A DNA stretch of 55,615 nt, counting the filler, from Thelocarpon superellum (lineage: Eukaryota), in NCBI GenBank assembly GCA_026025795.1. It is 2 parts of 2 records of this genome, joined end to end, with 100 filler letters (N's around TTAATTAATTAA, not from the genome) between each part and the next. Parts side by side here need not be neighbours in the genome. Positions count along the whole stretch, not along the records: positions 1 to 27,847 come from JAPEUG010000241.1; 1 more part is not named here. One strand, 5' to 3'. Position numbers and translations under genes: made by a program. This document shows, one piece after another, positions 1 to 11,735 of this stretch. Numbering within the stretch: position 1 is the first letter of the stretch; each line of letters opens with the position of its first letter. The notes below the pieces were generated by a model. That model was given only the letters and a program-made list of their open reading frames with translations, ran no database searches and was not told the origin of the DNA.

Positions 1-2640
1 TTGCAGCATGTCCCAGTAGAGCCTTGTGAACCTCTTCGGCCTCCTCGGACCGACCTTGTTCGAGGAGATACATTCCAACCCTGGCTTTCAGGCTGGTATT
101 GCGTAATTCCTCCTCGTCCGTCTCTACCCAGGTCAAGCTCTTGAGGACATGTTGTAGGTAGATTTGGCATTTGGGCCAAGTGCCGTACCTGCCAGACGGG
201 AATATTTCTCTCATGATCTTGAGGGCTGCCTCGATGTGCTGACGACGCGCTGGTACGTCAAGCGAGAGCCGCGTAACCTTTTGAACGAGCGGATGGAGCT
301 CGTAGCCCATGAAGTCCTCGCCTTCAATTTTCTGCTCGTGTAGGAAGGAGAACTCTCGGAAACGAGCCACGGCTTCGAGAATATCGAGTTCATTCGATTC
401 CGGACCCGCTGCCGCATGTAAGAGCGAGAAGGGGATCTCCTGGCGACCGAAGAAGACGATGGTATTAAAGATTCTCTTTGCGTGGCTGCCTTGCCGTGCA
501 ACTTGCTCCATGGAAATGTGCCAGGTTTTCATGACGCTGTTCGGCACTCCGGAGCGTCGATGGCGATCGCGAAAGTCTTTGTCGAGAAGTTGGGACCACC
601 ATTCCTCCGAAGAGTTGAGTTTCTCCACATAAGTAGCGAGAGGAATCCTCGTCTTCCTGATGTATGCCGCCGCTTGCGCGATCGCTAGCGGCAATCGTTC
701 GAGGGATGCAAGCAGCTCCTGCTCAGCGGTCGTCGCTTCCGCCTGAATGCCGGTACTGCTCAGAGCGCGAAACATCTCTAACGCCTCGGGTTCGGTCATG
801 CCCTGAACTTCGATCCCTTCCCGAATCCCGACAATGCTGCCAACGATCCCCTCATCCCGAGAAGTGTACAAGAGGCTTCCGGTGAAACCTCGAGGGATGA
901 AGTCCGTAAGGTCAATAGACTCTTCATTTGTGTTGTTCGCTTCAATGGGCCGCGCAAATAAGTCCAGATCGTCGGCATTGTCAATCACCAACAGGTAATT
1001 CTTCTGGTGTTCGAGCCATCGCCGAATCGCCAGCAATGAATCTCTCCTCTTCGTGTCGGGGCTCAGCCCAGCTAGTCGCGCAATCTTGCTGTAATCGTCG
1101 ATGAAGGTATCTGCATGCACCCAGAATAATGAGCAAGGAGTACGGATTCGCCTGCGAAAGGCAAACTCCAGCGCAATTTGAGTCTTCCTGTTTACGATAA
1201 GAAGGGAATCTCCAATGCCATGCAAGGTGCGCTTACCCCGAGCCTCCAAGTCCCCAAAGAGCGGCCTCCTGATGTTGCGGACCCAGCGGCAGCTGTCGTT
1301 CGAGTTGGGCAAAGATGTCTTTCCGGAAGACCATGTCGTTATTCTTCACAAATGGCAGCAGCTCCAATGGGTGGTCTAAACGTGACCTGGTCAGCGATGT
1401 GCGAAAGACTTGGAGTAAATGCTGGATACTGGGGCTCAACATTAACAGATCATGATGGAGTGATGGATACGAGGCTATGTATGGGTGAAGCGGAGCCAAG
1501 TCCATGTGCGTGTCGGCCAAACTTCTATCAATAATATCGCCTGGATGACTTGCCTTCTGCTCTCGCCTGCAGTATCTTCTCCGCGTCTTGCACCAGCTCT
1601 TCGATGCGACCAATGACGAGATTGTAATTGCCATCGTGGGGGCCGGGAAATTTGTTCATCCCACTGTGCGACACATTGAGTGGGAAGCTTGCGTAGCCGG
1701 GGATACACGCCGAGGGTCCGTCGACCAGCTGCATCCGCAAATCAGCATGGCGATTATCACGGGGCTATGGCACGAACCAAGATCTCGCTGTACCGTGAGA
1801 ACGCCGAACCTCGCCATGCGTTAATCACCTGCGTCTTCTTCATCTCAAAGAAGCATCGGATCTGCAAGCGGAACCATGGCTGTTGAGCGACGCTGGCAAA
1901 TCGAGAAAGAAGGTCGTCCAGTACACCGCTTTGTCCGTTGAGGTCTCTGATCAGAGTTTCGGACGGGCGCCGTCCAAGGATACCGGCTATCATCGTCAAC
2001 CATTTCGTGGCACTAGCGTATGGCGTGCCTCGCAATGGCGATCCGAGAAAGATGACACCGACGGTCATGCGCAGCAGCTGCTTATACCGTGCTTCCATCT
2101 GGCTGGCACGTTCGATAGCCTGGGGTCCTCGATAAGCTGCGATTGTGGAGGGGAGAGTAGCCATGCTTCGGCGTGTTCGTCATCGACGCACCTGAGCAAC
2201 GACAAGCCCACCGAGGCTAGAAGCGATGAAGAGCACAGGGCGGCGCAGAATGTCTTCCTGTGCGTGTCGTCAGAGCTGCGGGCCATCGGGGAGGATCGAG
2301 AATCACCCACCCTTCTCCGGCGATCGAGCAAGACCGTCATCAAGACCTCGGCAAGTGGAAGTAGCCTCTGCGCTGGCGCGTCGAAGTTCCAAGCCGAGTC
2401 ATAGTTGAAGGTCAAGACGCGGGCTCTCTTCATGTGGTGGGGTAGCATGTCCGCATCGCAAAGCCAGTTGACCTCTCGGATTATCGATCCATCCTCTGCG
2501 CGAACGTTGGCGATCCATGTCGTGGTGGAGTCCGTAGCCAACCCGTGTACTGCAACGATATCGACATCAATCGACTGATCGGCGCCTTCATCCGGATAGA
2601 TCTGGGACAGATAGCCCTTCTTCTCGCCCTGCAACGTCAT
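1..2640 (-). CDS. Fungal NLR-like STAND protein: N-terminal SesB-like alpha/beta hydrolase, NB-ARC, start of a helical TPR-like region; 3' end outside the window; at least 5 introns
   Basis: Manual splicing from ATG 2640 gives hydrolase motifs VDIVAVHGL, RVLTFNYDS, LFIASSLGGLVV, GVIFLGSPLRG, FFEMKKT and HSGMNKF. These are followed by Walker A LWGLGGSG|KTQIALEF (split by an intron), Walker B YLLVIDNADD, LLYTSRD, LPLAIAQAAAYI, ELHPLVQ and the TPR-like GMYLLEQGRSEEAEEVH. The frame is open from ~1188 to position 1; the ORF track misses it because no stop lies in the window. Confidence 0.9.
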
Positions 2641-3702
2641 AATCGTCGAGATGTCGATGCGGTTGTACGCGATGCTGCGTCCCGTCTTCGAGACCTCGCA
2701 TCGCCATGTTCGAGGGTGATTGGCTGGCGGATCCCATCTTCGCGTGGACACCTATCAGCCTTGTCCATATGGCACCAAGTCTCGTAGCTGTGGCTCCATC
2801 CCACCACTTACCCGTGCCTTGCAACGACCGAGATCTCTCAACGAGGCCGGCTGAGTGTCGAAGATCACACGTCGACATGGCATGCATGGACAGATTTCGC
2901 AGGGATGAGGTTGGATCTGAGGCGGAAATCATGAGCATTTGCCATCGACACACAGCATGTTGCCCGAGTCGCTCGCGAAGCATTCCGTATGAGATGACAA
3001 TATGTTACAGGAAAGATATTGATCTGTGGTGGACGAGTCATTACGGAAATGCCCAAGTGTAGTGACGTTAGACGCTTTATCGTCCTTGCCATCCATGATT
3101 CCATCACATAGAGCTCTATAGCTGTAGTTATCCCATTCCTGTCTGACGATCTAAGAGGGACTTCACCCTACATCCATGGAAGTTTTAGTCGAGCTTCAGG
3201 TCGTTGACGGCTTATTAACGAGCACACTCCGCCTCGATACCTTTGAGTCGGAGACGCCTCTGTTGCATGTGGAAGACTGCTTTATCGCCCTCAAGAACTA
3301 CAGGGTGACCGACATGAATGTCTTTCCGAAGGAGTGTTGGCGAATGCAGCGGGCCGCGATGCCACAACGATGTCTCCGCGGTGGCAAGTTCAAGGGCCGG
3401 AAAGGTGAAGTCGGATGCGTGATGATGCGAGCATGGCAGAGGACAGTGACAAGAGAGACGACGCCGAGAGCAATCCACATTTGCCGTCGCGGTGACCTAC
3501 TAGATTCCTTGTCGGTCAAGGATGGGCTGAAGCTCGAAGCCTGACACCGGCTGCCGCTTCGGCCGTCAAACAGATTTCACGAAGATGCGTGGCGGCGCCG
3601 TGGAAAACGAAGCAGAAGGCATAGATGCCGATTTGAAATTCAATTGTAGGAATCAAAGCTGATCTGGAAAACCTTCCCATGGCTAGGATAGTTATAGGCT
3701 GC

Positions 3703-3723
3703 GCACGTGATTAGATCACGTGC
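3703..3723. promoter_or_regulatory. Paired E-boxes (CACGTG x2) forming a perfect 9-bp inverted repeat
   Basis: GCACGTGAT-TAG-ATCACGTGC, with CACGTG at 3704-3709 and 3717-3722, between the divergent NLR and Pth11-like genes. Function is inferred. Confidence 0.4.
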
Positions 3724-3949
3724 ATAGCTTCGTAAAAGGAACCATCTACTCGGTTCTGTCCGGCTTATCCGCTAGACGAACGTCACGTCTGCTCTGCTTC
3801 GACGTGGTCCCGGGAGTCCAACTCGGGTATGTTGCATACCATTTTGCATTCTCTGGTTCTTCGGCGCGCTGCCGGGGATGGCGACATGATGCGACGTTTC
3901 GGCTTCAACAGATCAGAGATGAAGCCACGACTTCCCTCCTTGGTGGGCG

Positions 3950-3993
3950 GGTCTCGGTCTGGGCTTTGGGCTCTGGGGTCTGGCTCTGGGCTC
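3950..3993. repeat. Degenerate GGGCTCT-like 6-7-nt tandem repeat
   Basis: ggtctcggtctgggctttgggctctggggtctggctctgggctc. Confidence 0.55.
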
Positions 3994-4839
3994 GTGGACC
4001 TTCATCCAAGCGCAGGGTCCGGTTCGCTTACTTGTAGACGTTGCCGTTGCATTAAGGTGGCCCGTGTGCGGACGCCACAATCCCCAAGATCCTCGCTCTC
4101 GCGGAGCCGAGCCCTACTTCGACTCACCCCTACCGCCCCGGGTAGGAAGATGCGTGTCAAGCCCGAGCTACTGCCGAACCACCGGTGGATTGAATGCTGG
4201 CCACCTCGGGCTAACGTGGGTCAACACGGCTTGGTAAGGCCTCAGCTGCCTACCTGTCCGCCTGTCCACCGTGCCGTCTACCCCGACCATCGACAACCGG
4301 GTTTCCTCAACCTTTGACATGCGAGAGCATCGGGCCAATCCGCTGCCTTCATTCAAAACTCCGCCTATCGTATTTTCCCTCCACTCTCCGGCCGACCTCG
4401 TGCCGCCACTAAACATCTGACTTCCTGCATCTGGCAGCGCAACTAGCGTGAGAACTAACGGTACGGCTCATCAATTGAACCGTGCCACACTGCCCATTCT
4501 CATCCCGTCGCCGTCGCCGTCTCCTTTAACGCATGTTACAAGAGCTGCCCCGCCCACACCTGGTCTAATCGAGGTTTATCCCACCGCTACACGAGCCTCC
4601 ATGGCGGCCACAGTGACCACCTTGGCACACATCCTTCCCGTGCCTAGAAACGCGATTGACTGACCGATGCTGCGCTGTCGGTGGCGGACTCTACGCCGAC
4701 AACTCGCGGATGGCTGGTGCACTAGATCCTCGCGTTATGGACGACCATGGCATTCTCCCAGTGTTGCTGATAATCGACGCTCCTACCTCGCCGCGCCCTG
4801 GTCGCGCCGTCTCGCCCGAGCAGGCCTGGCACCGACATC

Positions 4840-6148
4840 ATGGCCCAAGCCGCAGTCGTCATTAGCCTGCCATCGCTCAGTTACCAACTCCAGCACCAGT
4901 CGGAGAATCGGTCAGGCGGCATCAAGATTGTTCTCATCATCGGCATCGTGATCTCGACCGTCGCCGTGGCCTTGCGCTTGACCTCCCGGCGATTGGCTCG
5001 GGCGGCCCTGTGGGCGGACGACTGGATCATTCTTCTTGGCCTGCTCTTCACCTATGGCACCTTTTTCATCCTGGGATTCTCGTGTAAGTGTGGTCGTTCA
5101 CATGGACCTGGCCGTCTGACTGAGCAACTGCTAGTGTGGCAGGGCACGCTGGGAGTGCACGAAGTCACGGTGCCTCTGACCGACGCGGTCCGAAGCCAGA
5201 AGGTGCGTGCCCAGGGCACGAAGGCGACTGGAGCAACAGACTGACGAGGCGTGCCCAGTTGCTCTACTGCTTCCTCATCATCTACTCGGCCGCCTACCCG
5301 TTGATCAAGATCTCCGTTCTCCTCCTCTTCCATCGCGTCTTTGTCGTGCCCCGATTTCAACTCTTCGTCAAGTTCTGGATTGGCTTTGTCATCGCGCAGG
5401 CCATCGCGGCCATCGGCACCTGCGTCTTCTTTTGCGTCCCTGTCAGCGGCTTTTGGGACTCCTCGGTGCAGGCGCACTGCGTCAGTCAGGTAAAAAACCT
5501 ATGTGACGTACGCGGCGTTCAACGTCCTGACGGACCTGGTGGTCCTGGTCTCCCCCATGCCCGTCATCTGGCGACTCAACATTTCTCGACGGCAGAAGGT
5601 CGTCATATCGGGCATCTTCCTGCTGGGCAGCCTGGTCTTTATTGCCACCGTCTTTCGCATCGTGGCCTTTTTCCAGCTGGACAACGACGATCAAAGCTGT
5701 CAGTGTCCCACCCGACGCAACTCCTACGCAGGTGCTGACGCAGGGCTGATCCGATCCTGGCTTAGGGACGTTCGTCAACACCGCATATTGGACCATCACC
5801 GAAATGTCGCTCGGCATCCTGTGCGCCTGTCTCCCCACCATGCGGCCCTTGTTCCGTAAACTGTTTCAGGGCATGTCGATCAGTACTGGGGAGCAGGGGA
5901 ACAAGAGAGCCTTGCGGGTGTATAACGGCAATGGAAGGTGGGTGAGCATCAGAGAGATCACTGGCACTTCTACGGCCACTGTGCCATCCGGCGGGAGCTT
6001 ACCGTCCAAATCGGTCACGTCATCCGCCACCAAGGACGCATCTGATTCCAGCGAGTCTACCCAACTCGGGATCGGTCAAATGCAGACCAGAGATCTCGAA
6101 CAAGGAGAATATGCCCCCAGGGAGCTGCATCTTCTGGAAAAGGATTGA
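4840..6148 (+). CDS. Pth11-like (fungal rhodopsin-domain) integral membrane protein without CFEM domain; 3 introns; apparent +1 frameshift at A6 run 5492-5497 (pseudogene or sequencing error)
   Basis: Family motifs AVALRLTSR..LWADDW, LIKISVLLLFHRVF, FFCVPVSGFWD..HC, NVLTDLVVLVSPMPVIWRLNI...QK, WTITEMSLGILCACLPTMRP. The last two blocks are in a different frame from the preceding exon, with no usable intron between them. Confidence 0.85.
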
Positions 6149-6593
6149 ACGGACCAGACGAACGAGGTTGTTTGACGGTCCCAAGTACACGGGAGCATGG
6201 ATGCAGGGAACATGGTCAAAGATACTGGGCTCTGGTGCCGGCATGGCATAAAGAGTGCGCGTATGCAGCTAGAGCTGTTCTTAGTAAAAGACGCTGGCGG
6301 ACATGAAAGGACTCGAGTTCCTTCAAGTCATTCGTTACACTGGTTGATGACCAATGAACAGACTGTGATTCTGCGCGTCAGATCCGAAACAAAGAAGAAG
6401 TTATTTCATGGTGCTGGATACGGGTTCTAGGTACACGGAGATATATCTTGGAGATCTCCCTCTCTACATCGAGAAGGGAAATCTCGGAGAATGGAGAAAA
6501 ATGTCGGTATAATATAGATCTAGAAGAGAAGAGGAGGACAGGGAGGACGAGGAGAAAGGTATGACCGTGACACAGCAAGGAAGGAGGTAGTCG

Positions 6594-9500
6594 TCAACCC
6601 TCCTCCAATCCGTCCAATCCTCCCTCTCGCACACCCAACCAAAGCTTAACGTCCTTCTTGAGCGCGCCGACCGTATCGCCCATGGCTTCACGCCACTGCT
6701 TTTCCACCGTCGCCACCTTCTCCTGCAGATCGTGCGTCAGGAGCTGCTCGTGTGCCTTCTCCTCTTCGATGGCTCGTGCGCGCGCCTGCTCGGCTGCTTC
6801 TTGCTCGCGTTGAAGCAGCGCGCCATCGAGCTTCGTCGGCGTCGTTGATTCTCCGCCCCTTCTGGGGCTCGATGTCGTGCTTCCCGTCTGGCTGCGTGGT
6901 CGCGGCAGGGCGGTGGGCGTCGTGACCGTCGTGACGCGGCGTCGCTGCTTGGCTACCCCGCTCTTCACCTCGTGCAGGAGACAGAGCAGGTTGACCTGGC
7001 CCTCGATGAATTGGTACGTGGATTTCTCCGCATGGCACACCACCTCCCACAGATATTGCTGCGAGAAGGCGTAGGTGCGCTCGCCGTCCGTTTGCACCCC
7101 CCGCTCCACGTTGACTCGCGCCATCACTTCCACCAGCGACGGCGCAATGTCCCAGAAGGAGCTGAGCTGCACCTCCACGCCTCTCGTCACGTTCTCCTCC
7201 ACCAGGTCCATGAAGCGGTCGTACCGCGTCAAGGCTTCCTGCTCAAACGCCTGCCGTCGGTCGTGCACATCACGAGCGAAGAAGGCTTCCACCTCGGCGA
7301 TCTTCTGCGCGTTGTCGTACGGCGCCATCACCATCGCCTTGTAGTGTGCGTTGCGCTCGCTCAGCAGGTCAAACTCCTCGCGGTGCACCTGCTCGCGTGC
7401 TTCAAAGAGCCACTTGAGCAACGTGAGCTTCTCCAGCAGCTCGGGCTTGGCGTCGCCCTCTTCCACCGGGTTGGGCTCCGTTAGTTGCCCCGTCAATTCA
7501 TCAAACGACTCGGTCGCCAGCTTGATCCGTTCCTTCAGCATCTTGTGCAACGGCTTCATCACCTCGGCTTCAAACCGTTCAAACACCTGCTTGTGCCGTC
7601 CTCGCTCGCCCTGCTCCGCCGTCTCCTCCAGTCGTGCCGCGTCCGCGTACGACATGGAGCCGGCGTCGATCTGTCGACGGATGTCCTCCTGCATCACGCT
7701 CCGTCGCTGCGTCGTCTCCTCTGCCATCTGGGCAATCTCCACCATAAACACGTCCTTGATCTGCTCCACTTCTTCGAGATTCGTCAGTCCGCGCACCGTC
7801 GCCCGGAGGCTGCTGAGATCGGGATGGTTGTTGTTGACGGCGGGATAGTGTCGTGGATATGGCGGTGGCATCGTGACCAAGCGCGACACGTCCAACATCT
7901 TGGGGTCGGACGATTGGGGCGTCGCCTCCTCATGCCATCCCACCTTCTCGGGGGGAAATTCGAGCGTCTGCTCGTTCGGCGTAACCGCCGGGGGCTGAGA
8001 CGACGACGGCATGCCCCAGTCGCGCAGCGGAAGGCCCATGTATTTGGACTCCCGCTTCGACCGCTCGATCCCAGCGTGACTTCCGCCGCTCCGAAGCGAT
8101 CCGTCTTGGCTGGCTTCCCACCATCGGCTGGCCGGCCGGCCTCGCGAACTCAGCTCATCCATCACTTCACTGACGCTCATGCTCGGGATGGGCGACAACG
8201 ACGGCATATAGACCCCCGCCCACGTCGAGTCGCCTCGCGTCTTGGGCGACTCCACGGGACTGAAAGACTCTTGCATGGCTGAGTTCAACGAGCCTCGATG
8301 GGACGACCATTCCGCCCCGGACGAGGCCGAGGCTGGGCTGGCCACGCTGGACTTGGGATAGGGTCGGAAGAGATCTCGTGTGAGCTCGAGGATCTCCGAT
8401 CCCATCGCGTCGATAGCATCGGAATACCGCTCGCGCCGGATCCGCGACTCCGCCACGATGAATTCGGCAAACAGCTGGATCCGTTCGTGGTTGCTCTGTG
8501 CCGTCGCCTCTCGCTCGGCGAAGAGACGATGGCGATCCACGGCCGACCGACCGAAGGAGTCGAGCATCTGGCTGTGCACCGACGATCCGGACGACGGCCG
8601 TGCTGATGTCAAAGGCGGGGCGGTCGCAGCGTCGGTACTGGGCGCTGGCAGACCCGGCGAGAGTGGCTGCTCCGTCCTGGCGGGGAGCCCCTCCACCGTG
8701 CTTCCGCTGTGTGGTGGGGGTGTCGGGAGCGACTTGGGCGGCACACGCGGCGAGGTATCCTGGCTCGGGAAGCCGGGCGAGAACGGAGGGGTTGGCGCGA
8801 GGGCGTCGGGTCCTCTCATCTGGCGTGCCGATCCTGGTCGAGGCGTCGTCCTCCGCGAAGACGCCGAGTCCAGCGGCTCGCCGGACTCGACCGAGCCGCC
8901 ACTGGTCGGCTGCATCGTGGACATGTTCCCACCTCGAGAAGTCCGAGGCGTCGACTTGGTGACCGTCCGTCGTCGCCGCAGCAAGGTGGGACTCTCGAGC
9001 GGCAAGATGGCTGGCTGCGCGGATGGGTCCAAGGCCACCGAGGTCCTCCAAGGATTGTTGTCGGTCTCGATGGTCATGGTGGACTCGGGCAGCCTTCCTT
9101 TTCCACTTCGACTCTCGCTCCGTCTCTCGCGAATGCCCTTGACGCTGGGCTCTCGTGGTCTCCCCGGGACGGTCGGAGGCGTGGTGAGAGGACTTGCAGC
9201 GGTGGCGTCATATGGCGTCACGCCATGATATGATGGTACCCGAGGCATGGGATCGCTCTCAACCCAATCCAAGGGCGTCGGCGGCACTGGCGGTAGTCGG
9301 GACCCAGTGGCGGCGGTACGTCGAGGCGCTGACGGGGGAGGTGCGGAGGGGTTGAAGTCTCTTGCCATGGGCTCTTGCGTTCGGCTCATACTCTGCGACC
9401 GCGTGGTGGGTGGGGGGCCGGGGGGAGGCGGTGGGAGTGGCATCCCCGGCTCCCAGGCACGCGACGTGGAAAAGGTCTGGTCGCGCAGCGCATGGGGGGC

Positions 9501-10562
9501 GTAGGTGATTTCAATGGCGCCCGTCGAAGCCGCCCGCCGGGCCGCGGGAGGGCGGACGGGATCATCCAGGTTGGTGACGATGGATAAGGCGCTGAAGAGG
9601 GAAGAGAGTCAGTCCACAGTCCATTGGCCGCAAGGGTCAGGCACCTCACCCTCCATAGGTACTGGCACGATCATCGGACCACGCCTGTGGCCTGGTCAAG
9701 TCGCCGACGTCGACCTGCATCTGATCGGGGGACATGGTCATGCCACTCATCGTCATGTGGACGGGATGGATGGGGTCCAGGCCCGCTCTGGACGTCGAAT
9801 GTGCGCGGCGTTCCGCAGCAGGCGGCGGCGGCGGAACATGTTGCGTCGAGACCGTGTGGCGGTGGTTCGAATGCGACGCTGGGGACGGGCCGGCCGAGAT
9901 TGTCGTCGCGGCACTGACGGGCGTGTCAAAGTGCGAGGACATGCTGCCCGTGGACGCTGTCTGCGACGACAACGGGGTGCCCTCGTTCGACGCGGCATTG
10001 TTCTGATTCCGTCGTGGAGAATACGGCGGCGGCGGCGCTGTCCCAGGCAAGTCAGCATGTGGTTGAAGGGTGATGACCGCGCACGGGGCCGCGCATGACA
10101 GCCGCGTCGTTATCTGGGGGACGTACACAGTGCTGGTGCTTGCTCACGCGTCGCGCTGGAGGCTCTGCTGGCGGAATTGCTCAACGTTGCATACGGGATA
10201 TGTCCCGGCGCGGTGGTGGCGGGCGCGGCAGCGGGGGCCGCGCCGGGGTTGACGCGACCGGGCATCCATTGCTGAGGATTGTAGGACCCGCCGGACGCTC
10301 GCGATCCAAGGTGGCCCTGTTGGCTGGAGACGGAGCTCGGCGAGGCGGCGAAGCTGGCGGGGTTGTAATTGCTGCTGTAGGGGCTGGTCGACGTGGCCGA
10401 TGGAGGCGCCTGGCCCGTCAGGTGGGTGCCCAGACGGTGGAGGGCGTTCAGGGTGGTGGAGAGGGCGGGAGGCTGGAGGTCACGATGACGACGGCGGGCG
10501 GAGGTCAGGGTGGTGGTGCTGGCCGTGGGCGGCGCGGCCACGAAGGCGTATTCCGCGGCCAT
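6594..10562 (-). CDS. Large uncharacterised protein (~1,280 aa, 3 exons): Pro/Ser-rich disordered N-half, helical/coiled-coil C-terminal domain
   Basis: ORFs 10110-10562, 9646-10128 and 6594-9443 join in frame through two canonical introns (GTACGT..GCTGAC..CAG near 10126-10038; GTGAGG..ACTGAC..CAG near 9649-9592). Motifs PPAARRAASTG and WEPGMPLPPPPPGPPP; heptad-rich C-terminus. Confidence 0.8.
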
Positions 10563-11735
10563 CTTGCTCTCGCCCCGACACGCCCGACCTGAGTCTCCCC
10601 ACGGCGGGGTAGAATGGTGTCGGAGGGCGGTGGAGATGAGCAGAAGGCATCAGGGACGGGGAGGTTTCTTAAAGTCGGGCCCATGGAGCACTGCATGCTA
10701 GGGCGGTACGTAGCTACGAAAAGGACGCAGTAGCACGCCGGGCCGATCGCTGATGGCGAGCTGCAGGAGGCCATTCACATCACATCTGGCCCCGGACCGG
10801 CAGGCATCAGCCCCACCTGATTCGCTGGTACTGCTGGAGCGACGGACCGGTAACAGGTCCGTGGGGCAAGTTGGAGGGGGGGAGAGGGGCGTGTCATGGT
10901 CTATTTCGGCAGTCTTGGCGGTGGGATGCGGTGGGAACGCGGCGGTGGTTGGGGCCGGCCTTGCCCTGCACGCGTGCTGTCTAGAGGATGGTAAGGATTG
11001 GACGGTCGGGGGCCGGGGGCCGGGGCCCAAGTGAGCCATGTTTGGCGTCGCGACGACCGCTGCGAGTGGCCCAAGGGAGGCCGCCTGGGGATGAGGGGAG
11101 GTGGTGCATGACCGGGCGGTCGCTTGAGCTCCCCTCCCTCGTCCCGTGGTGCGCGTCTGCGGGCCTCCACGCACATCACCGCCAGCCTGGGCGCTTAGAG
11201 GGCTCCTCGGGCGAATGGGGGCCTGAGCTGGCCCGGCGCACCGACGCCCGTGCGTGCTAGATGCTTGCTAGATGCGTGCTGGACGCACGCTAGCGCGCCC
11301 ACTAGGCGACGTCCGCAACGTCGCGGCCCCTGCCAGGCCCAGATGCCGATGAGTGACCACCAAATTCCGGTGTTCCCTCGAGCCCTAGCCAAAGTGTATC
11401 TATACTTGGTCCGACCGCACGGCATGTCCCATAATTTGGCTCCTTTTTCTCGTCCGCCCCGCTGCGGTAGCCTCTTTGGGCATATTGGTTCCCTTTCTCT
11501 CGAGCTGCATCTAGAGCTACGTGAAGCTACGTGACGCCACACGCGGGGCGGGACCGGTCGTGGGGCGGTGGATGGGACCATTTCCATGTCATTAGACTAT
11601 GCGTGCCTGGTCATTGGACCCAGAGCCCCCCCCAACCCACGGCCCAACGCCACGGGGCCATGGATGACTACGAAAAAGATGCAATGAAGAGGCACAGCTC
11701 GCACACAGCTCGGACCAAGGCGGGCAAGGCCTTCG

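Noticed and set aside
1..3600. Amyloid signalling motif (HET-s, sigma or PP type) at the NLR locus
   Set aside because: No G/N/Q-rich pseudo-repeat at the NLR N-terminus, in its linker or in the neighbouring ORF.
8167..9233. Long alternative-frame and antisense ORFs (also 31442-32458, 37517-38332, 38650-39432, 50600-51490)
   Set aside because: Shadow ORFs expected from GC-rich codon usage opposite or overlapping real genes; no motifs and no independent splice signals.
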